The position numbers were made by a program, and so were the translations under genes. Of a stretch of DNA of 64,000 nt, positions 52,880 to 64,000 are shown piece after piece. The number at the start of each line of letters is the position of its first letter. Positions within the stretch are counted from its first letter, which is position 1. Source of the stretch: Eledone cirrhosa (taxonomy: Eukaryota); the NCBI GenBank assembly GCA_964016885.1, contig OZ024763.1, positions 2,480,001 through 2,544,000 of the forward strand, in the 5' to 3' direction. The notes under the pieces were generated by a model, which searched no databases, had not been told where the DNA came from, and saw only the letters and a program-made list of their open reading frames with translations.

Positions 52880-53650
52880 GGGGGTGTTGTGTGATCTGGT
52901 CTAGTGTGGTGTGGTCTCGTGTAGTGTTCTGGTCTGGTGAGGTGTAGTGTGGTGAGGTGTAGTATATTCAATTGTGGTGTACTCTACTTTGGTGTGGTGT
53001 GGTCTACTGTACTGTATTGTGGTGTGGTGTATTGTACTGTACTGTGGTCTGGTCTGGTGTGGTGTGGTGTAGTGTAGTGTATTGTATTGTGGTGTACTCT
53101 ACTTTGGTGTGGTCTACTGTACTGTACTGTGGTGTGGTGTGATGTACTCCTCTCTACTGTGGTGTGGTGTGATGTACTCCTCTCTACTGTGGTGTGGTGT
53201 GATGTACTCCTCTCTACTGTGGTGAGGTGTATTGTACTGTACTGTGGTCTGGTGTGGTGTACTGTACTGTATTGTGGTGTGGTGTACTGTACTGTATTGT
53301 GATGTGATGTACTCCTCTCTACTGTGGTGTGGTGTGATGTACTCCTCTCTACTGTGGTGTGGTGTAATGTACTCCTCTCTACTGTGGTGTGGTGTGATGT
53401 ACTCCTCTCTACTGTGGTGTGGTGTAATGTACTCCTCTCTACTGTGGTGAGGTGTATTGTACTGTACTGTGGTCTGATGTGGTGTGGTGTACTGTACTGT
53501 ATTGTGGTGTACTGTACTGTATTGTGATGTGATGTGATGTACTCCTCTCTACTGTGGTGTGGTGTGGTGTACTGTATTGTACTGTGGTGTACTGTACTGT
53601 ACTGTGGTCTATTGTATTGTAGTGTGTTGTGTTGTGTTGTGTTCTACTGT
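52880..53650. repeat. Pentamer-based/30-bp minisatellite (actgtggtgtggtgtgatgtactcctctct)
   Basis: Directly visible. Confidence 0.9.
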
Positions 53651-54491
53651 TCTGCGTTTGTGAGCGAGGGAAGAAGATATGGAAAGTTGGACAAAAAAAT
53701 ATGGTCAAAGTGTTAAAGACAAAGACCAGCATCACCACCACCAGCCGCAGCAGTAACAATAGTAGTAATAATAGCTGTAGTAGTAGTAGTAACAGAAGCA
53801 GTAATATCTGTAGTAGTAGTAGTAGTAGCAATAGCTATAGTAGTAGTAGTGATAGTAGTAGTAGTAGTAGTGGCAGTAATAGCTGCAGTAGTAAAAATAT
53901 ATCGAAATATCCCACCCACTACTAAGTTCCAACAGAAGCTGGTGAAGACGGAGGAGAGAGAGAGAGAAAGAAAGAAAGGATAAGAGACATTCACAAACGA
54001 AGGAAGAAGGAACTGATGGAAGGGTGGAGAAATCCCGGCCGAAATGGATTGTATTACAAATGGTTACTTTAATTTTCCTTGACCGAATCAAACCTCTACC
54101 CAAACCAGGCGAGTACACCTTGTTTTTGGGTAGAGGGTGGAATTATACCCTCAACTTCTTCGATACATAGATAGATATATATAGTATATAATATATATAT
54201 ATATATACGTGTATATATATATATATATGTGTGTGTTAACTCGTCCTGTGGACGAAGTGCTCTAAACACTTGGATTTTATACAAGTTTATACTACTGTAT
54301 ATGTATAATATAATATAATATATATATATATACACTCACACATATAATATAACATAATATATATATATATACACTCACACATATAATATAACACTGTTGT
54401 GTTCTTTTTCTACTTAACTGATTGTCATCGTAAAAAGTCTTCACTAGATTTTAAATATTGTTCCACCACACACACACACACGCACGTATAT

Positions 54492-54541
<50 letters not shown>

Positions 54542-54736
54542 GTACCTGCTATACAACACACGCACGTATATACATATATAGATACACACGTACCTGCTAT
54601 ACAACACACACACACACACATCTACACATAGACACGCACCTGCTATATAACACATACACTTATATACATACATAAACGAACCTGCTATACATCTAACAAC
54701 GTAAGCAAAACAAGGCAAGCCAAGCCTGTGTTATAA

Positions 54737-55480
54737 GCGGTGGAGCAACGTTGCTGGTGCTAGCACCTCAGACACACACAGTCATATAATCGGTGGAGCA
54801 ACGTTGCTGGTGCTAGCACCTCAGACACACACAGTCATATAATCGGTGGAGCAACGTTGGTGGTGCTAGCATTTGCTATACACCACACACAGACACGCAC
54901 CTGCTATACACCTAAGTACAAAAGTAAAACAAAGCCATTCCAGGCTGTGTTATAATCAGTGGAGCATCCTATGTGGTGTTGGTGCAGCGGTGTTTACTAA
55001 CCACTGACCACAACATACATCAGAGAGAGAGAGAGAGGCTGTTATAATCAGTGGAGCATCCTATGTGGTGTTGGTGCAGCGGTGTTTACTAACCACTGAC
55101 CACAACATACATCAGAGAGAGAGAGAGAGGCTGTTATAATCAGTGGAGCATCCTATGTGGTGTTGGTGCAGCGGTGTTTACTAACCACTGACCACAACAT
55201 ACATCAGAGAGAGAGAGGCTGTTATAATCAGTGGAGCATCCTATGTGGTGTTGGTCCAGCGGTGTTTACTAACCACTGACCACAACATACATCAGAGAGA
55301 GAGAGAGAGAGGCTGTTATAATCAGTGGAGCATCCTATGTGGTGTTGGTCCAGCGGTGTTTACTAACCACTGACCACAACATACATCAGAGAGAGGCTGT
55401 GTTATAATCAGTGGAGCATCCAATGTGGTGTTGGTGCAGCTATATTTACTAAGTGCTGACCACCACATACATCAGACACA
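54737..55480. repeat. 53-bp repeat (~2.5 copies) followed by a related ~90-bp repeat (6 copies)
   Basis: cggtggagcaacgttgctggtgctagc...; ttataatcagtggagcatcctatgtggtgttggtgcagcggtgtttactaaccactgaccacaacatacatcagagag. Confidence 0.9.
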
Positions 55481-55644
55481 GGTTGTGTCACCATGCCAAA
55501 TATTGAACAGCTGGCTACTAAACAGAGGTAAACCAATTTTTGTTATTCTTTTCTATCGAATATCTTTTCTACAGATTTTGGTGGTGATTTTTGAATTAAT
55601 TTTGATTTTGTATTTATATATATATTTGTATTTATATATATTTG

Positions 55645-55685
<41 letters not shown>

Positions 55686-55877
55686 TTATATATATTTGTA
55701 TTTATATATATATATATATATATGTATTTATTTATATATATATTGTTATACTTGGGGAGGGTCATATTGTTGTAATAATATTGCCAGAATTAATAACAGA
55801 ACACACTCGCTGTTTGGTTGGTTTTCATATCAAAAACCTCGCAAAACTAATTCATCGCCGTTATTTATATATATATA

Positions 55878-55920
<43 letters not shown>

Positions 55921-55926
<6 letters not shown>

Positions 55927-56015
55927 ACCGATCCAGACTTATATTAATATTGTCTGTCATCCAGAAACCTTTGGTAATGGTGTAGTTATATTTTGTGTTG
56001 TTCCCTTTCTAATTA
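55921..56015 (+). mobile_element. 5'-truncated copy of the 24900 hammerhead element
   Basis: tgatgaccgatccagac...ccagaaacctttggtaatgg...ttttgtgttgttc. Confidence 0.75.
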
Positions 56016-56163
56016 CCTAACACACACACACACACACACATACACACACACATACACACATACACACACACACATATCTATATCTATATATATATAGAGA
56101 GAGAGATAGAGATATAACATAAAACAAGGACGAGTGGTTACTCCTTCATTACGTTTATTGGTT

Positions 56164-56246
56164 GGTGACGCGCGTTTCGCTATTGATCAGCTCAAGGTTC
56201 GATCTGTATCGATCTAGCCGGACTGTAATCAATGGCTCGTCGGACC
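56164..56246 (-). ncRNA. Type I hammerhead motif with CCGACGA core (GUC site), in element 56119-56388
   Basis: GGT-CCGACGA-GCCATTGAT...ATCAATAGC-GAAA-CGCGCG-T-C-ACC, then AATAAA; 13-bp inverted repeat 56119/56265; gagtactc at 56338. Confidence 0.7.
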
Positions 56247-56384
56247 TCTTTGGTGGAAATGACAGTCCTTGTTTTATATTATTATACTACACATCTGTCT
56301 AGCTCTACACCCCTATATCGACGTGGACCTAAACGTCGAGTACTCACCCTGGTGAACCTACAGTAACTCCGCGTTACACTCCCT

Positions 56385-56429
<45 letters not shown>

Positions 56430-56431
56430 TT

Positions 56432-56769
56432 AAGAGTTAAACAAGGTTCAATGAATACATCAAAGAATGAGTTTTACAATAGATTAGAAGCACTCAACAG
56501 CAAAAAAGGTTTTCCAGAGTTATTAATATTAATTCAAAATATTAACAAAATAGATATTCTTGTGATCAATTAAATTTTATTATACATATTTCAGAGGTAC
56601 TTGAATACTACCTTGATTAAATCTTAACCATCTAACATGTCAGGGTATGTCATGTATCATTTTATTTTATCTGATGAGGACGTACTGTTGAACTTAACTC
56701 AGTACCTCTGAAATATGTATAATAAAATATAATTGATCACAAGAATATCTATTTTGTTAATATTTTGAA

Positions 56770-56776
<7 letters not shown>
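56432..56776 (-). mobile_element. Fold-back Penelope-like element
   Basis: 56526-56601 versus 56701-56776 inverted arms; agcactc at 56489. Confidence 0.8.
56663..56729 (+). ncRNA. Type I hammerhead ribozyme motif (AUA site)
   Basis: TATTTTAT-CTGATGA-GGA c GTACTG...CAGTAC c TCT-GAAA-TATGTA-T-A-ATAAAATA. Confidence 0.8.
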
Positions 56777-56819
<43 letters not shown>

Positions 56820-56938
56820 TTTTAATATGAAACAGTTCTAGTCCTGTAGAATCTCATCTATATTAAAACTTTTATACTCTGCAATGTATTGAGTACCTTT
56901 CTTTCTGTGGTTACCTCCGATTCAACCCGGAATAACGT

Positions 56939-56979
<41 letters not shown>

Positions 56980-57052
56980 GTGGTCTACTCTTCGTCGTAG
57001 GGCCCGTACCGTAGATAATACTCAATGTAAATTGATGGCGAGTAATCCAGTG

Positions 57053-57178
57053 ATTGTTTCCGAAGAAGACGGTCTGATCTAACCTATATATGAGGTCTGA
57101 TAGTATACAGTTATATAACTGCTATAGATCAGACAATATGTCAATATAATCAACCCTCCGAAACGATCGTAAAATAAT
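57053..57178 (+). ncRNA. Hammerhead motif with CCGAAGA core and ~90-nt stem II domain (GUA site)
   Basis: ATTGTTT-CCGAAGA-...GTCTGATCTA...TAGATCAGAC...-GAAA-CGATCG-T-A-AAATAAT. Confidence 0.6.
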
Positions 57179-57401
57179 GATATGAATAGGTAAAATAACC
57201 TGACTTCGTTATTATTTTCATTGTTATCATATATATACATATATATATAAATATACTGTAGTAAAAGTTAGGTAGAAATATCCAAGAGTAAGAGTACTCA
57301 GTCCATAGGACTAGTTTAGTATAACTAATTACAACAGTGACATATACAGGTATTTAAAGTTTGGTTGGGTTCTGGACCCCAACTCATTTTGCCTGTGGTG
57401 A

Positions 57402-57432
<31 letters not shown>

Positions 57433-57433
<1 letters not shown>

Positions 57434-57627
57434 AGGAAAATGTATGACCCCGACGGCAGAGCTCACGCCGTTTCGACGGCTATTTCTGGGTCCAGAAATA
57501 GCCTTGGAAACGGCTTCAGCTCTGCCGTTGGGGGTCAAACATTTTCCTATTACCCACTCTACTACCCTAAGTATTGAGTACTCTGGTACGTTATGGTCCA
57601 TCTGGTTCCTTACCACAACTCCTTCGT

Positions 57628-57629
<2 letters not shown>
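57433..57629 (+). mobile_element. GC-rich hairpin family H copy
   Basis: taggaaaatgtatgaccccgacggcagagctc...ggggtcaaacattttccta + tail. Confidence 0.9.
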
Positions 57630-57663
<34 letters not shown>

Positions 57664-57728
57664 CATGTGTATAAATATGCGTGTGTCTGTATATGTTTAT
57701 ATATATATATGTGTGTGTGTGCATGTGA

Positions 57729-57781
<53 letters not shown>

Positions 57782-57842
57782 CATGCATGTGTATATATAT
57801 ATATATATATGTATGTCTATATAAGCGTGTGTCTGCATGTGA

Positions 57843-57874
<32 letters not shown>

Positions 57875-58139
57875 GTGTGCATGCATGTGTATATATATAT
57901 ATATATATGTCTATATAAGCGTGTGTCTGCATGTGAGTGTGTGTGTGTATATATATATATGTGTGTGTGTGTGAATGTTATTGTTTGCCAAAGTGTCGCT
58001 GATTTACGCGACAAGGTGACAATTATTTCGTTTAAGTTTCTCCTCGTCTTTTACACCAAAATACCTTATGTAAGAAATATTCTGTTTATGGTGTCTTTTG
58101 AATTGTAACTGGCTTACGTTGGCAATTGGTGAACTATTT

Positions 58140-58149
<10 letters not shown>

Positions 58150-58171
<22 letters not shown>

Positions 58172-58212
58172 CTTATACCAGTGTGTGTGTGTATATATAT
58201 ATACTTATACCA

Positions 58213-58245
<33 letters not shown>

Positions 58246-58252
58246 CTTATAC

Positions 58253-58295
<43 letters not shown>

Positions 58296-58302
58296 CTTAT
58301 AC

Positions 58303-58337
<35 letters not shown>

Positions 58338-58346
58338 CTTATACCA

Positions 58347-58399
<53 letters not shown>

Positions 58400-58546
58400 C
58401 CAGTGTGTGTATATATATATATATACTTATACCAGTGTGTGTGTATATATATATATATACCAGTGTGTGTGTATATATATATATATATATACTTATACTA
58501 GTGTGTGTGTATATATGTATATATATATATATATATACTTATACCA

Positions 58547-58596
<50 letters not shown>

Positions 58597-58604
58597 TTAT
58601 ACCA

Positions 58605-58639
<35 letters not shown>

Positions 58640-58747
58640 ATGTGTGTGTATATATATATATATATATTTTTTTTTTATATGTATGTGTATATATTTATAT
58701 GTATATACATGTATACATATTTATATACACACACACACATATATATA

Positions 58748-58802
<55 letters not shown>

Positions 58803-59587
58803 ACACATCATATATGTTTGTATGTCAACTGCAAAAGTGTTGTCTAATCTTATCGCATATATCTTATCTAATATATCGTGCTGTTTGTGTGTATATATAT
58901 GTGTATATATATATACACACATATATATGTGTGTATATATATATACACACATATATATGTGTGTGTGTGTGTGTATATATATGTGTGTGTGTATGTGTAT
59001 TTAGCATATATATTTTAGTCTTCAAATTTATTATTATTACTATATATATAGCATACATATATGTAACATCTATACACTATATACACACATACACAATATA
59101 TATTAACTATATATATATATATATACATGTGTATGTGTGTATATATATGTGTGTGTGTGTGTATATATATTTTAGTCTTCAAATTTATTATTATTACTAT
59201 ATATATATAGCATACATATATGTAACATCTATACACTATATACACACATACACAATATATATTAACTGTATATATATATATATATACATGTGTATGTGTG
59301 TATATATGTGTGTGTGTGTGTATATATATTTTAGTCTTCAAATTTATTATTATTACTATATATATATAGCATACATATATGTAACATCTATACACTATAT
59401 ACACACATACACAATATATATTAACTGTATATATATATATATATATACATGTGTATGTGTGTATATATGTGTGTGCGTGTGTATATATATTTTAGTCTTC
59501 AAATTTATTATTATTACTATATATATATATAGCATACATATATGTAACATCTATACACTATATACACACACACACAATATATATTAA

Positions 59588-59600
<13 letters not shown>
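58150..59600. repeat. Compound TA/TG minisatellites (acttataccag anchor; ~160-bp unit with ttttagtcttcaaatttattattattac, 4 copies)
   Basis: Directly visible. Confidence 0.88.
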
Positions 59601-59626
<26 letters not shown>

Positions 59627-59794
59627 TGTATATAGATGTAGATAAGATAAATATGTATGTTTAAAAGTAAACTATGTAAAAACATGAAATTAAGAGCTTC
59701 ATAATAGTTAAAATGTGAGCTTTCTCTCTCGCCCCTCTCTATATATCTTAGTAATGTCAAGCTGATGTATGTCACAGCTTACACGTGCCTGTGT

Positions 59795-59857
<63 letters not shown>

Positions 59858-60033
59858 TACATACATACATACATACATACATACATACATACATACATAC
59901 ATACATACATACATCTGTGTGTATGTATATATATATATACATACGCACATATATATATATATATGTGTGTGTGTGTATATATGTGTGTGTGTATATATGT
60001 GTGTGTGTGTATATATATGTGTGTATCTGTGTG

Positions 60034-60100
<67 letters not shown>

Positions 60101-60817
60101 GTGTGTGTGTATACATATATGTGTGTGCCTGCGTGTGTGTATATATACATATATGTGTGTGTGTGGGTGTGTGTGGGTGTCTATACATATATATGTGTGT
60201 TCCTGTGTGTACATGCATATATATATACATATATTACAGACGTATACACAGACCTACACACACAGAAAGGTTTACATACATACATACATACATACACCAT
60301 ACATACACACACTCATACACAGACATATATATACAGACATTCACACACACAGACATACCCCCCCCCCAACCACACACAGCCACACACTCGATAGATGTGT
60401 TGTTGTTTAACCCTAGGTCAGTCATGATAACCACACACCTAAAATCAAAGACCAAGTCGTGATCATGATAACACTACCTTTTCTGTCAGCTGACCGTTGT
60501 TGTTGTTGTTGGTGGTGGTGTTGTATAGCCCTAGGCCAACACTGATACAGAAGACAGGCAGATCTATGATCAAAGACCACTCCAACTATGACCATACCGC
60601 CTATTTCTTTTAGATGTCATTGTAACTACTGTTTAGCCCTAGGCCAGCCCCTGATCAAAGCAGATAGACAGACAGACAGCTTTGATCAATGTCCGTTCCA
60701 GGCGTGACCACACCGTCTTTCCTTTTGAAATAATAGCTCACCATGGACAGCATTGTCTATTCTATTCAATGAACTCGTTTATAAGATCATGGGGCGGCTA
60801 GCAGTTGGTGTAAAAGG

Positions 60818-61015
60818 GTCATCTTCTCCTTCACCCACTTATTACAGAAAGGGTCTTGAAGGGGGCACAGTCCTCAAACACTCCCTGCAGTGGGTCTCCT
60901 GTCAGAAGTAACCGTCTCCAACTGATCCGGTTGGCTCTCCAAGCCTGACCCAACCAAACATCTTGCTCCGGGTCTGCCCTTGGGTCTCCTGCCGGTTGGT
61001 TTTACTCATAAAATC
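60818..61015 (-). mobile_element. Degraded RTE (Rex3/Expander-like) LINE 3' end with 12-bp TSD
   Basis: Minus strand VKPTGRRPKGRPGAR...QPDQLETVTSDR; tggtgtaaaagg at 60806 and 61016. Confidence 0.7.
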
Positions 61016-61144
61016 TGGTGTAAAAGGTATGAGAGGAAAATGTGGCTGCTATTTTTAGGAGATCAATCGACCACAGAGACGTAGAGGAAAGATACACCCC
61101 CTCCCCCTCCAGTGTTGTAGATAGAAATAGGTAAATTAGAACAC

Positions 61145-62348
61145 ACACATGGACACACTAGATAGACCCCTCACACACACACACACGGACACACTAGATA
61201 GACCCCTCACACACACACACACATGTACACACTAGATAGACCCCTCACACACACACACACACATGGACACACTAGATAGACCCTCACACACACACACACG
61301 GACACACTAGATAGACCCCTCACACACACACACACACACATGGACACACTAGATAGACCCCTCACTCACACACACACACACACACACACATGGACACACT
61401 AGATAGACCCCTCACACACACACACTACATAACCCCCCCATATACATACATACATTCACTCATACACACACATACACTCACTCGCACAATACATATACAT
61501 TCACACATACATATACACACATACATATACACACATACATTCACACATACATCACACTCACACATGGACACAATACATATTACCCACACACACAAATACA
61601 GTCACACACACAGTCACATAGTCATACATACACACACAGTCACATAGTCATAACATACACACAGTCACATAGTCACACATACACACACAGTCACATAGTC
61701 ACACATACACACACACACACGCACAGTCACACACACAGTCACACACACACACAGTCACACACACACAGTCACACACACACACAGTCAGCATTCTTTACAT
61801 CCAAAATGTAAATATAGATTCTCTCCCTTTCTTCTATTAGTTCCCTAACACCTTCATTGCCACCACCTCCAGTGTAGGAGAGAGAGAGAGAGAGAGAGAG
61901 AGATCCTCTCACCACCACCAGTGTACTAGAGAGAGAGAGAAACCCCCTCACCACCACCTACAGTGTACGAGAGAGAGAGAGATACCCCCTCACCACCACT
62001 ACCACCAGTGTACTAGAGAGAGAGACCCCCTCACCACCACCACCAGTGTAGGAGAGAGAGAGAGAGAGAGAGACCCCCTCACCACCACCTACAGTGTACG
62101 AGAGGAGAGAGAGAGACCCCCTCACCACCACCACCACCAGTGTACTAGAGAGAGAGACCCCTCACCACCACCACCAGTGTAGGAGAGAGAGAGAGAGAGA
62201 GAGACCCCCTCACCACCACCACCACCAGTGTAGGAGAGAGAGAGAGACCCCCTCACCACCACCACCACCAGTGTACGAGAGAGAGAGAGAGAAAGACCCC
62301 CTCACCACCACCACCACCACCAGTGTAGGAGAGAGAGAGAGAGAGAGA
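61145..62348. repeat. CA-rich and GA-rich minisatellites (ggacacactagatagacccctcacac; acccctcaccaccaccagtgtaggagag)
   Basis: Directly visible. Confidence 0.88.
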
Positions 62349-62675
62349 CGTGGTGTGTGTTCCAGTGCCAGACTTCTCTCTACAGACACCACCACAGATT
62401 GATGGCTTCTCTTCTAACTTCTAAAAGGATGACAACCTGAGAACACCTCCTCCTCCCCCACTACCACCACTACCAAGACACCTCCTCCACCCCCACTACC
62501 ACCACTACCAAACACCATTACTACCACTATATCTTTCTCTCCCTCTAACTATCCAGCCCCCCCCCCCCCATCTCCCCCCTCCCCATCTCCCCCTCCCTAT
62601 CCCCCTCTCTCCTCTCTCCCCCCTCCCCCCCTCTCCCCCTCTCCCTCTCTCTCTCCTCCTCTCCCTCTCTCTCCT

Positions 62676-62726
<51 letters not shown>

Positions 62727-62750
62727 CTCTCTCTCCTCTCTCTCTCTCTC

Positions 62751-62817
<67 letters not shown>

Positions 62818-63020
62818 CTCTCGCTCTCTCTCTCTCTATATATATATGTATATATATATATTTAATGACTTTTCCTACTATATTAAGCGTGAAACTAATA
62901 TATATCTTCATTCTACTTCATCTGTTGTGCTTTTTCCATTTACCTTTTTACGCACATGTATGTATGTATATATATATGTGTGTGCATGTGTATGTGTGTG
63001 TATACATGTGTATGTGTGTG

Positions 63021-63575
63021 CAGTGGCGGACTGGCCAGGTGGCCCACGGTAGCTTTGCAGAGCCCATTGTAGTATTTTAGGGGCCAATGTTAGCTTTCAA
63101 AAAATACCTGAAGTCTAAGAGAAAGAATAACATTTTTTTTTAAATAAATAAAACAATTAAGCAAAGCATTTGGTCAACGACACCACATCATTTTGTTTTG
63201 AAAACTTTGAAAGTAGGTTTATAAGTATGAAATTTCATAAGATTCCTGTAGTTGTCTCAGTGGCCTAGAGGTAGGTACTAGAGACAGTGGAGATCCTGGT
63301 CTTGGGTTCAATCCTGGTCAAGTTTTTATTTTACATCCCATAAAACTGAAATGGTTTACCGGGAACCCTACTCCCGACCAGGATCTAACCTCGGACCAGG
63401 ATCACCACTGTCTACGATTCCTCCTACTAGGCCACCGAGACAGCTACGAAAGTATAATGAAAGTTAATAATTATAAACCTACTTTCAAAATCAAAATTAA
63501 ATGATAGCATTCTATATGTAGGTGGGCCCCCTTCATCTCCTGGCACCCGATATTTTTAGACCCAATCCGCCATTA
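63021..63575. mobile_element. hAT-like non-autonomous element with an internal inverted pair of tRNA-like sequences
   Basis: Termini cagtggcgga / tccgccatta, tgtgtgtg on both sides; internal IR 63206-63320 versus 63376-63489. Confidence 0.55.
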
Positions 63576-63689
63576 TGTGTGTGTAGTATATATATGTGTG
63601 TGTGTGTGTGTATATATATGTGCGTGTATATATATGTGTGTGTATATATGTGTATTATATATATGTGTGTATGTATATATATATATGTA

Positions 63690-64000
63690 GGCACATGGCT
63701 TAGTGGTTAGAGCATTGGCCTTGCAATCGAAAGGTTGTGAGTTCAATTCTCAGACCGGGTGATGTGTTGTTTCCTTGAGCAAGACACTTTATTTCACATT
63801 GCTCCAGTTTACTCAGCTGTAGAAATGAGATGATAGGGACTGGGGTACCTATCATTCCACTGTAAAGTGGTCATGGAGGTGCCACGGCAAAAAAGCACCC
63901 AGCACTCACTGTAAATGAGGTTGGTGTTAGGAAGGGCATCCAGCTGTAGAAATCAAGCCAGAATCTAGAAATCAAGCCAGAATCAGTTCCCGTCCCACCC
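63690..64000 (+). mobile_element. SINE family B (runs off the window end)
   Basis: ggcacatggcttagtggttagagcattggccttgcaatcgaaaggttgtgagttcaattc... Confidence 0.9.

Noticed and set aside
54014-54165. ctgatgg...ccgaaat hammerhead-like spacing and a cctctacccaaa/tttgggtagagg hairpin
   Set aside because: The core deviates and stems I and III cannot be paired convincingly.
63690-63765. tRNA gene
   Set aside because: The tRNA-like head continues into a SINE body, is multi-copy, and has no proper acceptor stem or terminator.

Overview
Eukaryotic, AT-rich and microsatellite-dense non-coding DNA, intronic or intergenic. The repeat content (tRNA-derived SINEs, RTE tails, (TA)n/(CA)n/(GGT)n tracts) fits an octopod cephalopod; this is inferred from recalled SINE families. 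I can support no intact protein-coding gene, and almost all listed ORFs are microsatellite artefacts. Recognisable decayed coding fragments are two RTE LINE 3' ends plus a third short RTE tail, three Tx1/L1-like 3' ends, a mariner C-terminus and a CRE-type restriction-like endonuclease fragment. The main signal is a dense set of short elements inside (TA)n tracts, belonging to many mutually unrelated sequence families but sharing one design. Each has a minimal type I hammerhead ribozyme motif (stem I-CUGANGA-stem II-GAAA-palindromic stem III-NUH), often duplicated as a fold-back, and a 35-65 nt tail carrying a GAGTRCT motif. I read about 17 hammerhead-like motifs by eye, including degenerate ones. 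A roughly 10-copy GC-rich hairpin family keeps only the 3' half of a hammerhead. These look like non-autonomous derivatives of Penelope-like element pseudo-LTRs. Also seen: a candidate recursive splice site (22150/22151) and minisatellites that arose inside transposons. All folds and alignments were done by eye and boundaries are approximate.
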